Below are positions 29,598 to 39,681 of a DNA stretch of 64,000 bases, piece by piece (the stretch's first letter is position 1; every line of letters starts with the position of its first letter). The stretch is from Candidatus Multivorans sp. GTDB lineage: Bacteria > Acidobacteriota > Thermoanaerobaculia > Multivoradales > Multivoraceae. Position numbers and translations under genes: made by a program. The stretch lies in NCBI GenBank assembly GCA_965247095.1, contig OZ251997.1:64001-128000 (forward strand). The letters are read 5' to 3'. The notes beneath the pieces were generated by a model. That model did no database searches, had not been told where the DNA came from, and saw only the letters and a list, made by a program, of their open reading frames with translations.

Positions 29598-30947
29598 TTA
29601 CAGGTTCGCCATTGCTTCGGCGAATCCTCTGGCCGCCTGGGCGCGGTCGACGTGTTCGCCGTCGACCACCTGCCACTCGCCTTCGACCATGACCCGTTGG
29701 ATGGGAAGGCGGTAACCGGAGAATACCAGCGCGTCGAGCACGGTGGCGGCGCCGTGTCCGGCGAGCATCGGGTCGCCGTCGTCGAGGACGACCAGGTCGG
29801 CCGGCGCTCCCTCTTCGAGGCCCGGCTTGCCTTGGCCTGACGCCTGGGCGCCGCCGGCGAGGGCGCGCAGGAACAGCTCCTGGCCGACGTGAGGGTGGCG
29901 CAGGGTCGCCACGTTGCGCGACCGCGAGCGAAGGCGCTGCCCGTACTCGAGCCAGCGCAACTCCTCGAAGGGGTTGATCGAAACGTGACTGTCGGAACCG
30001 ATCGCGATCTCGCCGCCGGCCTTGAGAAAGGCCGCCAGCGGAAACAGCCCGTCGCCCAGGTTCGCCTCGGTCGTCGGGCACAGGCAGACGGTGGCCCCGG
30101 AGACCGCCAGGTCGCGGCATTCGTCCCCGTCCATGTGGGTTGCATGCACGAGGCACCAGTTCCGATCGACTTCGAAGCGGTCCAGCAGCCAACGGACCGG
30201 ACGCTGACCGTGGGTGGCCAGACACTCGTCGACCTCCCGCTGCTGCTCGGCGATGTGAAGGTGCATCGGCGCGCCGGTCTCCGTGGCTCGCGCCGCGACC
30301 TGCCTCAGCGACGGTTCGCTGACCGCGCGCAGGCTGTGGGCGCCGACCGCGACGCGAATGCGTCCGGACGCACGCTCGGCCGCGCGTTTCTGGTGGGCCA
30401 GAAACTCCGCCGCATCCATCGTGAAGTGCCGCTGGCAGGCCGTGGGATCGTCCCGGTCGAACCCGGCACGCTCGTAGATCACCGGCACATAGGTCAGCCG
30501 GATGCCGCTGGCCGAGGCGGCGCTGCGAACGGCCTCGAACATCGTGTCCGCGGTCCCGGAACCAGCCGGCGCCCGGTGCAGGTAGTGGAACTCGACCACC
30601 GAGGTGTACCCGCTTTCGAGCATCTCCACGTACGCCTGCCGGGCGATCGCGGCGAACCGGCCGGCGTCGAGGCGCCCGACGAGCCCGTACATCTGCCGGC
30701 GCCAGGTCCAGAAGCTGTCCCGGCCGGCCCCGGAGCGGTGCTCCGTCCTGCCGGCCAGCGCGCGTTGGAAGGCGTGGCTGTGCGCGTTGGTCAGACCCGG
30801 GATGACGATGCCGGCATCGTGGTCGACTGGCGAAGAATCGGCGTGATCGGTCGAGACCGCGACGACCCTGCCGCCTTTGACCACCAATAGCGCATCTTCC
30901 ACCCACCCCTGGGGCAGCAGTGCGCGACGAGCCTGGATCCTCACCAC
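29598..30947 (-). CDS. hutF: Formimidoylglutamate deiminase
   Basis: [45 protein letters not shown] and GSDSH. Confidence 0.93.
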   Translation of the reverse strand: MVRIQARRALLPQGWVEDALLVVKGGRVVAVSTDHADSSPVDHDAGIVIPGLTNAHSHAFQRALAGRTEHRSGAGRDSFWTWRRQMYGLVGRLDAGRFAAIARQAYVEMLESGYTSVVEFHYLHRAPAGSGTADTMFEAVRSAASASGIRLTYVPVIYERAGFDRDDPTACQRHFTMDAAEFLAHQKRAAERASGRIRVAVGAHSLRAVSEPSLRQVAARATETGAPMHLHIAEQQREVDECLATHGQRPVRWLLDRFEVDRNWCLVHATHMDGDECRDLAVSGATVCLCPTTEANLGDGLFPLAAFLKAGGEIAIGSDSHVSINPFEELRWLEYGQRLRSRSRNVATLRHPHVGQELFLRALAGGAQASGQGKPGLEEGAPADLVVLDDGDPMLAGHGAATVLDALVFSGYRLPIQRVMVEGEWQVVDGEHVDRAQAARGFAEAMANL

Positions 30948-30999
30948 GCTCCACCGTACTTTGTGGCAATCCCGAACACAACAGGGCAGGATCGAGTGC

Positions 31000-32232
31000 A
31001 TGGACCGACTCGACCCCTGGGATCTGTTGCTGACCGATGTCCGTATCGCGACGATGCGTGACGGCGACGGCGCCTACGGCGCGATCGAGGACGGCGCCCT
31101 GGCGATCGCCGGCGGCCTGATCGACTGGATCGGACCCGCTGCCGCGTTGCCGCGGGGCGAGGCTCGGGAAACCCGGTCGCTGGAGGGCCGTTGGATCACT
31201 CCGGCGCTCATCGACTGCCATACCCACCTGGTGTTCGGCGGTGACCGGGGGGCGGAGTTCGAGGCCCGGCTTCAGGGTACGAGCTACGAATCGATCGCGG
31301 CCGCCGGCGGCGGCATCATGGCGTCGGTGCGGGCGACCCGGGCGGCGACGGAAGACGAGCTCTACCGGGGTGCGCTGGATCGTCTCGAGGCCCTGGCCGC
31401 CGACGGGGCGGCGACGGTCGAGATCAAGTCGGGCTACGGCCTCGATCTGGACACCGAAGTGCGGATGCTTGAGGTGGCCCGCCGCTTGGGGCGGACTTCG
31501 GCCCTGACGATCCAGACGACGCTCCTCGCCGCCCACGCGGTGCCCCCGGAGTTCCAGGGGCGGCCGGACGACTACATCGAGTTCGTCGTCGCGGAGGTGC
31601 TGCCCGCGGCTGTCGAACGGAACCTCGCCGACGCGGTAGACGCCTTCTGCGAGGGGATCGCGTTCGACGCCGCGCAGGTCGCCAGGGTCTTCGAACGGGC
31701 GGTGGAGCTAGGCATGCCGGTCAAGCTGCACGCGGACCAACTGAGCGATGGCGGCGGCGCCGCGCTGGCCGCCCGTTTCGGGGCGGTCTCGGCCGATCAC
31801 CTGGAGTACGCATCTGCTTCGGGAGTGCAGGCACTCGCCGGCGCCGGGACGGTGGCGGTGTTGTTGCCCGGCGCCTGGCTGACCCTCAACGAAACCCGCC
31901 GCCCGCCGGTCGGCGAGTTCCGGCGACGGAGGGTACCGATCGCGATCGGCACCGACTGCAATCCGGGCACTTCGTCCTTGTGTTCTCTGCCGGAGGCGAT
32001 GGCGCTGGCCAGCCGCCTCTTCGGCTTGACTCCGGAGGAATGTCTGACGGGAGTGACGCGCCATGCCGCTCGGGCGCTCGGCCTCCTTGGAGATCGCGGC
32101 ACGCTCGAAGTGGGGAAGCGGGCCGACATCGCGATCTGGGACATCGGCCATCCGCGGGATCTGAGCTACTGGCTCGGCCGCCGGCAGCTCGCCGATCTGC
32201 TGGTCGCGGGCGCCGCTCCGGCGATCGGATGA
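31000..32232 (+). CDS. hutI: Imidazolonepropionase
   Basis: PALIDCHTHLVFGGDR..EF, EIKSGYGL, AVDAFCE, KLHADQL, SADHLE and TDCNPG. Confidence 0.95.
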   Translation: MDRLDPWDLLLTDVRIATMRDGDGAYGAIEDGALAIAGGLIDWIGPAAALPRGEARETRSLEGRWITPALIDCHTHLVFGGDRGAEFEARLQGTSYESIAAAGGGIMASVRATRAATEDELYRGALDRLEALAADGAATVEIKSGYGLDLDTEVRMLEVARRLGRTSALTIQTTLLAAHAVPPEFQGRPDDYIEFVVAEVLPAAVERNLADAVDAFCEGIAFDAAQVARVFERAVELGMPVKLHADQLSDGGGAALAARFGAVSADHLEYASASGVQALAGAGTVAVLLPGAWLTLNETRRPPVGEFRRRRVPIAIGTDCNPGTSSLCSLPEAMALASRLFGLTPEECLTGVTRHAARALGLLGDRGTLEVGKRADIAIWDIGHPRDLSYWLGRRQLADLLVAGAAPAIG

Positions 32233-32271
32233 CGATCTGCCAGCAAAGCCATTGCGGGTAGATTGCCGCGC

Positions 32272-33738
32272 ATGTCGATGAAGCACTTGCACAGAATCGT
32301 CGCCGCGGGGTTGTTGTTGCTGGCATCTGCGGCCGGTTCGCCGTCGGCCGGGCAGAACTCGAGCGCGCGGAACCTGCCCCCGGCCGAAGACATGGAACTG
32401 GCCCGCGCGCTGCTCGAGCAACTCATCGAGATCGACACCACGGACACCGAGCGGGGCGACAACACGCGCGCCGCGCAGGCCATGGCCGATGCCCTGCTCG
32501 ACGCCGGTCTGCCGGCGGAAGACGTGCAGGTCCTGGTCCCGGACGGCTTTCCCACCAAGGGCAACCTGGTGGCCCGGCTCCGGGGCAGCAACCCGGACGC
32601 CGCGCCGATTCTGCTGCTCGCGCACATCGATGTCGTCGAAGCGCTGCCCGAGGATTGGAGTCCCGACATCCATCCCTTCGATTTCATGGAGCGCGACGGC
32701 TACTTCTACGGCCGCGGTACGTCGGATGACAAGGACGAATGCGCCATCCACACCGCGAACCTGATTCGCCTGCACCGGGAGGGGTTCGTCCCCGACCGGG
32801 ACATCGTGATTGGCCTGACCGCCGATGAGGAGGGCGGAACGCGCAACGGCGTCCAGTTCCTGCTTGAGGAGCACCGGGGGCTGATCGACGCCGCCTTCGC
32901 GCTGAACGAGGGCGGCGGCGGCATGGAGCGGGAGGGCCGCAAGGTCTCGAACAATGTGCAGAGCGCCGAGAAGGTGTACCAGTCCTTCGACTTTGCGGCC
33001 AGGAATCCAGGCGGCCATTCGTCGCTGCCGGTGAAGAAGAACGCGATCTACGAGCTGTCTCAGGCGCTGCTCGCGGTCCAGGAGGTCGAGTTCCCGGTCA
33101 TGTTGAACGAAGTCACCGAAGAGTTCTTCGATCGTTCGGCCGAGCTGATCGGCGGCGAGATCGGTGAGGCGATGCGCCGCGTTGCGGCCGACCCGGATGA
33201 CGCCGGTGCGCTGGCGGTCCTGTCGCGGCAGCCCGCTTACAACGCGCGCCTGCGGACCACCTGCGTCGCCACCCAGATCGAGGGCGGTCATGCCGAGAAC
33301 GCGCTGCCGCAGTTGGCGCGGGCGAACGTCAACTGCCGCCTCCTCCCCGACCATGACCCGGCCGATGTAGCGAAGGCGCTACAGGCGCTCGTCGACCCGT
33401 TCGGCGTCACGGTGGAGCCCAAGGCCGAGGCCAGGCCCAGCCCGCCGTCGCCCCTGACCGACGAGGTGCTGGGCGCGATCACGCGGATCACCGAGCAGAT
33501 GTGGCCGGGTGTGCCGGTCCTCCCGGTGATGTCGACCGGCGCCACGGACGGCCTCTATCTGCGCAATGCCGGCATCCCGGTCTACGGCGTGAGCGGCATC
33601 TTCGGCGACATGGACGATGTCCGCGCCCACGGCCGGGACGAACGGATCCGGATCGACCACTTCCACGAAGGCCAGGAGTTCCTGTACCGGTTGGTCAAGG
33701 CGCTGGCCGGAGTTCCACGGCGGCGCCGCGCAGCATGA
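32272..33738 (+). CDS. M20/M25/M40 family metallo-hydrolase, secreted
   Basis: Signal peptide; LLAHIDVV, YGRGTSDDK, ADEE, NEGG, GGHSS, GATDG and AHGRDER. Confidence 0.92.
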   Translation: MSMKHLHRIVAAGLLLLASAAGSPSAGQNSSARNLPPAEDMELARALLEQLIEIDTTDTERGDNTRAAQAMADALLDAGLPAEDVQVLVPDGFPTKGNLVARLRGSNPDAAPILLLAHIDVVEALPEDWSPDIHPFDFMERDGYFYGRGTSDDKDECAIHTANLIRLHREGFVPDRDIVIGLTADEEGGTRNGVQFLLEEHRGLIDAAFALNEGGGGMEREGRKVSNNVQSAEKVYQSFDFAARNPGGHSSLPVKKNAIYELSQALLAVQEVEFPVMLNEVTEEFFDRSAELIGGEIGEAMRRVAADPDDAGALAVLSRQPAYNARLRTTCVATQIEGGHAENALPQLARANVNCRLLPDHDPADVAKALQALVDPFGVTVEPKAEARPSPPSPLTDEVLGAITRITEQMWPGVPVLPVMSTGATDGLYLRNAGIPVYGVSGIFGDMDDVRAHGRDERIRIDHFHEGQEFLYRLVKALAGVPRRRRAA

Positions 33739-36142
33739 CCGCGAAGACGCGGTAGCGCTCGTCGAAGGAAGCGGCGTCGGTCTCGCCGGGAACCGCGCCC
33801 CGGAAGCGGGCGCGCAGGAGACCTGGATTCTCGAAGCGTTGGGCGATGTCGGGCCGGTCATGGTTGAGCCCCATGTTGGTCAGGAAGTGGCCGTCGCGGT
33901 AGAGGACGATCTGGCGTGGCCGTTCACCTCGCCTCGCATCCACAGCCCAGCCTTCGATATCGACCCGGTTCGCTGACGCGGCTACGCCCAGCTCCCCTTC
34001 GAAACCGTCGCCGGTCCGCCGCACAGTCAGCCGGCGGCCGTCGGTGGTTGGGAGAATCTCTCGATTCCCGGGCGCCCATTCGAAGGGCAGGTAGGAGAAA
34101 CGGAGCCGGCTTGCCACCCCGCGCCGCGACACGGCGTAGGCGACGGCGCCTTCGCGCTCCACGAGGCCGCGATCGGCCGACATCCGGAACGCGAAGCCGC
34201 TGTTCTCGAACGACGGTCCGTAGAGGGCGCCGAGATCGGGCCGGCGGTGGGGGCCGGGCTGGTGGACGGTCATCTCGCCGCCGATGAAGAGGACGACCGC
34301 TTCGACCCCGCGCGGGTCCGGCGGCTCGTCGCGAATGAAGCCGCTGACGATGAACTCGGCCATGCCCTTGGCCGGCTCGGGGCCGGGGCGGGGAAGCACC
34401 GCATCGAGAGCGCCGTCGAAGCCGCTCGGAGGGGGGGCGATGGGAATGCGGCTCGGCGGCTCCGATTCCCCCTCGGCTGCGTGGTGCCGGAGCACGGCCT
34501 CAAGGTCGCCGGCGGCGCTTCGGGCGACCTCGTACCGGTATGGGTCGGCCTCGCGCCGGGATCCCAGATCGCGCTCAACCAGCGAGTGGAGGCTCCACTC
34601 CTGCCCGTGGTCGAAGGCCTCGACCTGTTCGTAGCCGAGGTTCGACGGGAACCCGGCCCCTTCGCGCGGGTCCTGGACGCCGTAGTTGTCCGCTCGCAGA
34701 AGCAGCAGGTCCGGCAGGAACTTCTCGGCGGCAACGCGGCGCGGGACGTCGTAGCGCAGGCCGGGCGTGACCAGGCCGCCCCGATCGACGATGCGCAGCC
34801 CGCTGACCCAGCCGACGTGGCCGATCTCGCGCACCAGAACGGACGTGCTCGGCTCGTAGCGCTCGGCGAGCCATCGTCCCATGTCTTCCAGCCGTTGCTG
34901 CCGTGCCGTCGGTTCGACGCGGTGTCCGATCTGCTGGGACGTGTGGCGGAGCACGGGCAGCGTGAGTGCGAGGATCGGGACCGCCGTCAGCAGGACGGCA
35001 ACGAGCGGGCGTTGGGGGCCGATGCGGAGGTTGCGAGGCAGGAGTTCCGCCGCCTGTTGGCAGAGCCGCCCGGTTCCAACCAAGCAGGCGTGGACGCCCA
35101 GCGCGAGCAGGAACGCGCCGAGGATGGTCAGCGTGTAGTAGTGCCACGTGTAGCCCGGCAGCGATCCGATCGCGGCATAGCCGACGAGAGCGCCGAGCGG
35201 GAACGCGATCAGGGGCCAAAGGGCGGCGCGGCGACGGAGGAGCGCGGTGGCGCCGACGACCAGAAGAGCCACAAGGAGCAGCGGGCCGGCGATCGTCTGC
35301 GCCAGGGAGGGGTTGTACGCCGCAAGCAGGCTCTTGCCCGCCTCGCTGTAGATCTCTCGAACCAGATCCAGGTAGTGCCACGGCGAGGCGATGCTCTCGC
35401 CCTCTTTTGCGCCCAGCGTCTTCGGCAGGACATCGCCGTAGTAGGCGAACGCGAAGAGGAGCCACGGCAGCGCCACGGCCAGCGCCGCCAGCGCCTGACG
35501 GATTGGCGCCTCCCGGCGGCGCAGCCAGCCGTGGGCGATCAACATGGCCGCGAGCAGGGCGCCCTCGGGTCGGGTCAGGAACAGCAATGCGGCCACGACG
35601 GCGGCCGCGGTGGCGCGATCGCTCAGGTGAAGGTCGAGCGCCAGCAGAAAGAGCAGGGCGAAGAGGTGCATCTCCATCCCCACGTACAGGTAGTTGTAGG
35701 CGACCGCGGGATTGAAGGTGACGAGGGCGACCGCCAGGGGCGCGGCGGGCCCGGCACCGAGACGAACCAGCAGTCTGGCGGCGAGCGCGGCCGTGCCCAG
35801 CATGCACAACATGCCGAACCCGTTCTGCCAGGCCGCCGCTTGATTGCCGCCGACGACCACGAACGCGCTGCTCAGCACGGTGAACAGCGGCGTCGTGAAG
35901 CCCATGACCCGCTCGCCGGCGTTGTAGACGAGGCCGTTGCCCTCCGCCAGGTTGCGGGCGTAGCGGAGGACGATCAACTGGTCCTCGAACTGCAGCCGCA
36001 GGGCGAGGTTGGGGATCAGGCGGGCGGCAAACCAGGCGCCGAAGACGCCGAAGGCGGTCCACGAGAGCAAGGCAACGCGTCCCGGGCGCTCTGCAGGCAG
36101 AGCGGGTCGTGAGCCGCTAGCGCCACGGTCCAGATTCTGCAT
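33695..36142 (-). CDS. GT-C-like polytopic membrane glycosyltransferase with C-terminal extracellular repeat module
   Basis: EDQLIVLRYARNLAEGNGLVYNAGERVMGFTTPL (DDA.I..RYA.N-type loop), GME, LTRPEG, many TM helices, EIGHVGW..IVDRGGLVTP. Confidence 0.75.
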   Translation of the reverse strand: MQNLDRGASGSRPALPAERPGRVALLSWTAFGVFGAWFAARLIPNLALRLQFEDQLIVLRYARNLAEGNGLVYNAGERVMGFTTPLFTVLSSAFVVVGGNQAAAWQNGFGMLCMLGTAALAARLLVRLGAGPAAPLAVALVTFNPAVAYNYLYVGMEMHLFALLFLLALDLHLSDRATAAAVVAALLFLTRPEGALLAAMLIAHGWLRRREAPIRQALAALAVALPWLLFAFAYYGDVLPKTLGAKEGESIASPWHYLDLVREIYSEAGKSLLAAYNPSLAQTIAGPLLLVALLVVGATALLRRRAALWPLIAFPLGALVGYAAIGSLPGYTWHYYTLTILGAFLLALGVHACLVGTGRLCQQAAELLPRNLRIGPQRPLVAVLLTAVPILALTLPVLRHTSQQIGHRVEPTARQQRLEDMGRWLAERYEPSTSVLVREIGHVGWVSGLRIVDRGGLVTPGLRYDVPRRVAAEKFLPDLLLLRADNYGVQDPREGAGFPSNLGYEQVEAFDHGQEWSLHSLVERDLGSRREADPYRYEVARSAAGDLEAVLRHHAAEGESEPPSRIPIAPPPSGFDGALDAVLPRPGPEPAKGMAEFIVSGFIRDEPPDPRGVEAVVLFIGGEMTVHQPGPHRRPDLGALYGPSFENSGFAFRMSADRGLVEREGAVAYAVSRRGVASRLRFSYLPFEWAPGNREILPTTDGRRLTVRRTGDGFEGELGVAASANRVDIEGWAVDARRGERPRQIVLYRDGHFLTNMGLNHDRPDIAQRFENPGLLRARFRGAVPGETDAASFDERYRVFAVMLRGAAVELRPAP

Positions 36143-36168
36143 TCTCGGCTTGGCGCCAGCCCAGCTTG

Positions 36169-39100
36169 CTAGGGAGCCTCGGTGGATGCGGGGAGGATCG
36201 GCAGTTCGACGGCTACGCCACGGAGCATTACGGCGAAGACCCTGTGATCCTCGGCGAAGGTCAGGGGGGCCGGAGCGCCACGAACGGCGGCCCGAAAACC
36301 GGTTCTCAGCAACAGCTCGTTGTCGAAGTGTGAGGCAATGTCCGGGCGCTCGCGGTCGATGCCAAGCGTCGCAAGGTGTTCTTCGCCGCGGTAGACGACG
36401 ATCTGCCGGGGTGCTTCGCCGCGGTCGAGGTCAGCCGCCCAGCCCTCGATCAGAGTGCGGCGCCCGGGCTTGGACACGAGGTCGATCGCGCCATCGAAGC
36501 CGTTACCAGGTGCCTGGATGACGAGTTCGCGACCGTCGCTTACAGGGAGGATCTCCGCATTGCCCCGTCTGCGTTCGATCGGTCGGTAGGAGAAGCGCAG
36601 CCGAGTCGCTACTCCTCTGCGTGAGGCCGCATAGGCAACCAGGCCTTCCCGGCGAATCCGTTCTTTTGCATCCGCCGTGAGTTCGGGGAGCTTGTCCGTT
36701 GCGGAGGAAGCCTGTGAGAGAAGCAGGAAGCCGCTGAAGAGATGTTCCTGGCCGTGGCGCTCCGCGACACCTCTCCTTTCCGAGCCGGTCTGGCCAACCC
36801 AGAACTCCTGGCCACCCAGGAAGGCGACGATCTCGAGGCTGCGCCCAGGATTCTGCAGGTCCGCGGCCCAGCCGACGATCTCCGGCCCGTCGGCCGGACC
36901 GCCGTCCAGGAAGCCGACCAGACCGTCGTCGCTTCGTCCGATCTCGATCCGTCGCGGTTCGACATCGGCGACGCCGACAGGCCGGCGCAGCAGGGCGACC
37001 GCGCGGCCACTGGCGTTCCGGGACGGCTCGAAAGTCCCAGGCATCTGCGTGGACGGGGAGATGTCCTGCACGCGGTCGCCGCGTCTCGCCAACACGCGGA
37101 GATCAGCCGTCACTGTAGACGACGCTGGCATGAAGATGCGGAACGCGATCTCCTTCCGCGCGTTGGGCCCTTTCCAGGTGCGTCTCAGCAGAGAGTCGTC
37201 CTCGCCTCGGTAGATGAGTTCCTCGCCATCGAAGACGAAGAACTCGTCGGGGCGCTCGCCGTCGGGTTCCGAGGTCAGGTGACCGCGAATGCCTCCGCTC
37301 ACTACTTCTACATCCGATTCGTACAGTTCATCCGTGCCGGTGACCGAAGTGCCTCCGGGCAGCTCGAGGGCGCTTAGTTGCGTGTTCTCGATCAAGAGAC
37401 GTGGCTGCTGGCCAATTCCCGGGAGAGGCCGCAGAACAGATGCTCCCAGGTCCCCCGAACGGGGCTCTTCGATCGTGTAGGCGCCGATGCGATGACTCCC
37501 GGCGGGCAGCCACCGCTCGTGAACCAGAGCCGAGAACAGGCTGGCGTCACGGTCGGTGAAGGTCGAAGTCGTGGCTCGAACGACGCCGTCCACCGACACC
37601 GCAAGCGGGGTCCCGTCGGCGATTCGAGGCTCGATGCGCCCGCTGATCAGGCTGGGGACGAAGCCGGTCTCCCGCTGTACATTGCCGTAGGCCCCCGCGC
37701 CGTAGAGCGTGGCTTGGCCCACGCTTGAGGAACCGCCGCCGTTGGCGCCCGTCGTCAGCTCGGCGGCGGAGCGGCCGAGCAGGTTGGGTCTGGGTCCCGC
37801 GGCGAACACGCCCTCGAACGGGTGGGACGAGACGTCTGGCGCCACGGCGCCTTCTGCCGCGCCGGGGACGGCGCCGTCGCCGAACAGTTCATACAGACGA
37901 TCGCGCGTCTCCTGGCGGCGTTTGGCGCTGGTTTCGAAGGACCGCGCCACCGGCATCGATGCGTAGCAGCAGGCGGTGACCGGACGCGGCGCCCGGTCGT
38001 TCACGTGCGTGCCATCGACCTCCCATGGCGGCTGGGCGCCCAGCGCGGCGGCGATCGTTGGCACGATGTCGATCGTCCGTACCGTGTGTTCGAACACGGC
38101 GCCTTCGGCCTGGCCCGGATTCTTGACGAACAGGGGTACTTCGAGGATGTCCTCGGCAGATGCGTCGAGGACCACGCGACCGCGTTCGCCGGGACGGAAG
38201 CTGCGGCCGTGGTCCGCGGTGACGACGACCAGCGCGCGTTCATAGATGCCGGTGCTCTTCAATCGATCGATGATCTGGCCCAGCACGCGATCCGCGTAGC
38301 CGACCTGCAGGAGATGACGCCGCCATCCCTGCGTGACAAGTTGCAGGTCGTCGGGCACGAACTCGCTGAAACCCGGGGGCATGATCGAAGAGCCGACAGG
38401 CGTGTATTCGAGGCCCGACGGCAGGTACTTCCAGGGGACGTGCGGGAGATTCAGGTGGAGAAAGTGAAGTGTAGGGGCGCCCTCGCTGTAGGTCTCGATC
38501 CGGTCCAGGTAGTCGTCCACAATGCGGGGAGCGTTGTGATGGAGCCCTCGTCCCGGGCCGCCGAGATCGTTCATGGGGTCATCGTCGGGGCGGCCGCGGC
38601 CGCGGAATCCGCTCAAGGTCTGCGTGACGTCGGGTAGCGCGACCGCTAGAGACTCGGGTAGCAGCAAGTGCCCGTAGACGACGCTCAGGTCGTCGGCGGC
38701 GGACCTGAGGCGACCCCAGAAGCTGGGCGATTCCTGGTCGGTGCAGATGGAGGGCGGGCAGAGCAGGGAGGCCGTTTCGTAGGCGACGACGCGGTACCCG
38801 CCCCTGGTCGCCAACCAGGAGAGCAGGTTGGCAGGGTGGTCGTGGTAAAGAGCGACGGTGTCGCGAACAGGGAGTTTCCCGGTGAGCAGTGAGGGGATCG
38901 CCCTCGTGGTCTGCATGGCGGTGGTGACGGCACGGGAATACCAGTTCGCTTCTGCGGCGAGCGCGGCGAAGGCCGGGAATCGGTGTTCGTTGATTGAACC
39001 GTCTGGTCGTTGGAGTGAACTCGTCGGCAGTTCGTCGAAGACGACGAAGACGATTGGCAGACCTGTCTGCAGCGCGGGCGCTTCGACAATCGAAGGGTCG

Positions 39101-39633
39101 AGTTCGAAGTCGGCGCCCGAAGAGGTCGGGAGCATGCCGCGAACGGCGGGCCGCGCCAGGAAGGTGATCGGCGCGATCAACGCGGCCGCCGCGGTCAGTG
39201 CGATCAGGTTGGAGACCGGGCGATAGCGGTTCAGGCAGACGGCAAACCCGATGCCGCCGGCACACGCCGCCAGGACGGCCGCCGCTCCGGGCAATGAGTC
39301 GACGAGTTGCAGCAGGAATGCGGCGGCGAACAGAGCGGAGAAGCAACCGGCCCAGACGCGCCCCAAGCGGCTCTCTCTGAAGGCCGCGAACAGGAGCGGC
39401 GCCGCCAGCGCGGTGGGGACGAGGAGAACCAGTCCCAGCGCGAGGACGGGAAGCTGCAGGCCGAACAAGCGGTGCGCGGCGATGAAGTCCGGTTCCCGGC
39501 CGATCAGATCGAGTATCGGTTGGGCTACGGCAAACGCCCACAGACCGTAGAGGTGCGCCGCGGGCAGGAAGCGGGCCGCCCTCCGCGCCGGCCTCGACTT
39601 GCGGTCGTTCGGCTTGGCGATCGCGCGCGGCAT
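36169..39633 (-). CDS. Membrane-anchored sulfatase-like / LTA-synthase-like (alkaline phosphatase superfamily) protein with long C-terminal extension
   Basis: About 5 N-terminal TM helices; IVFVVFDEL, QTTRAIPSLLTG, HLNLPHVPW, YADRVLG, VVTADHG, VPLFVK and RTIDIVPTI. Confidence 0.82.
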   Translation of the reverse strand: MPRAIAKPNDRKSRPARRAARFLPAAHLYGLWAFAVAQPILDLIGREPDFIAAHRLFGLQLPVLALGLVLLVPTALAAPLLFAAFRESRLGRVWAGCFSALFAAAFLLQLVDSLPGAAAVLAACAGGIGFAVCLNRYRPVSNLIALTAAAALIAPITFLARPAVRGMLPTSSGADFELDPSIVEAPALQTGLPIVFVVFDELPTSSLQRPDGSINEHRFPAFAALAAEANWYSRAVTTAMQTTRAIPSLLTGKLPVRDTVALYHDHPANLLSWLATRGGYRVVAYETASLLCPPSICTDQESPSFWGRLRSAADDLSVVYGHLLLPESLAVALPDVTQTLSGFRGRGRPDDDPMNDLGGPGRGLHHNAPRIVDDYLDRIETYSEGAPTLHFLHLNLPHVPWKYLPSGLEYTPVGSSIMPPGFSEFVPDDLQLVTQGWRRHLLQVGYADRVLGQIIDRLKSTGIYERALVVVTADHGRSFRPGERGRVVLDASAEDILEVPLFVKNPGQAEGAVFEHTVRTIDIVPTIAAALGAQPPWEVDGTHVNDRAPRPVTACCYASMPVARSFETSAKRRQETRDRLYELFGDGAVPGAAEGAVAPDVSSHPFEGVFAAGPRPNLLGRSAAELTTGANGGGSSSVGQATLYGAGAYGNVQRETGFVPSLISGRIEPRIADGTPLAVSVDGVVRATTSTFTDRDASLFSALVHERWLPAGSHRIGAYTIEEPRSGDLGASVLRPLPGIGQQPRLLIENTQLSALELPGGTSVTGTDELYESDVEVVSGGIRGHLTSEPDGERPDEFFVFDGEELIYRGEDDSLLRRTWKGPNARKEIAFRIFMPASSTVTADLRVLARRGDRVQDISPSTQMPGTFEPSRNASGRAVALLRRPVGVADVEPRRIEIGRSDDGLVGFLDGGPADGPEIVGWAADLQNPGRSLEIVAFLGGQEFWVGQTGSERRGVAERHGQEHLFSGFLLLSQASSATDKLPELTADAKERIRREGLVAYAASRRGVATRLRFSYRPIERRRGNAEILPVSDGRELVIQAPGNGFDGAIDLVSKPGRRTLIEGWAADLDRGEAPRQIVVYRGEEHLATLGIDRERPDIASHFDNELLLRTGFRAAVRGAPAPLTFAEDHRVFAVMLRGVAVELPILPASTEAP

Positions 39634-39681
39634 CAAGCCGCGTATGTTAGTCCTCTCCGGGGCTGTTAGCCTGCCCACGTT

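Noticed and set aside
27891-30145. Long N-terminal extensions on hutH (957 aa) and hutU (751 aa)
   Set aside because: Stop-free alternative frames over the upstream hut genes; real starts at 27890 and 29572 are supported by overlap and RBS.
33695-33738. 44-bp convergent overlap of the M20 and GT-C genes as antisense regulation
   Set aside because: Short 3' overlaps are common in GC-rich genomes; no further support.
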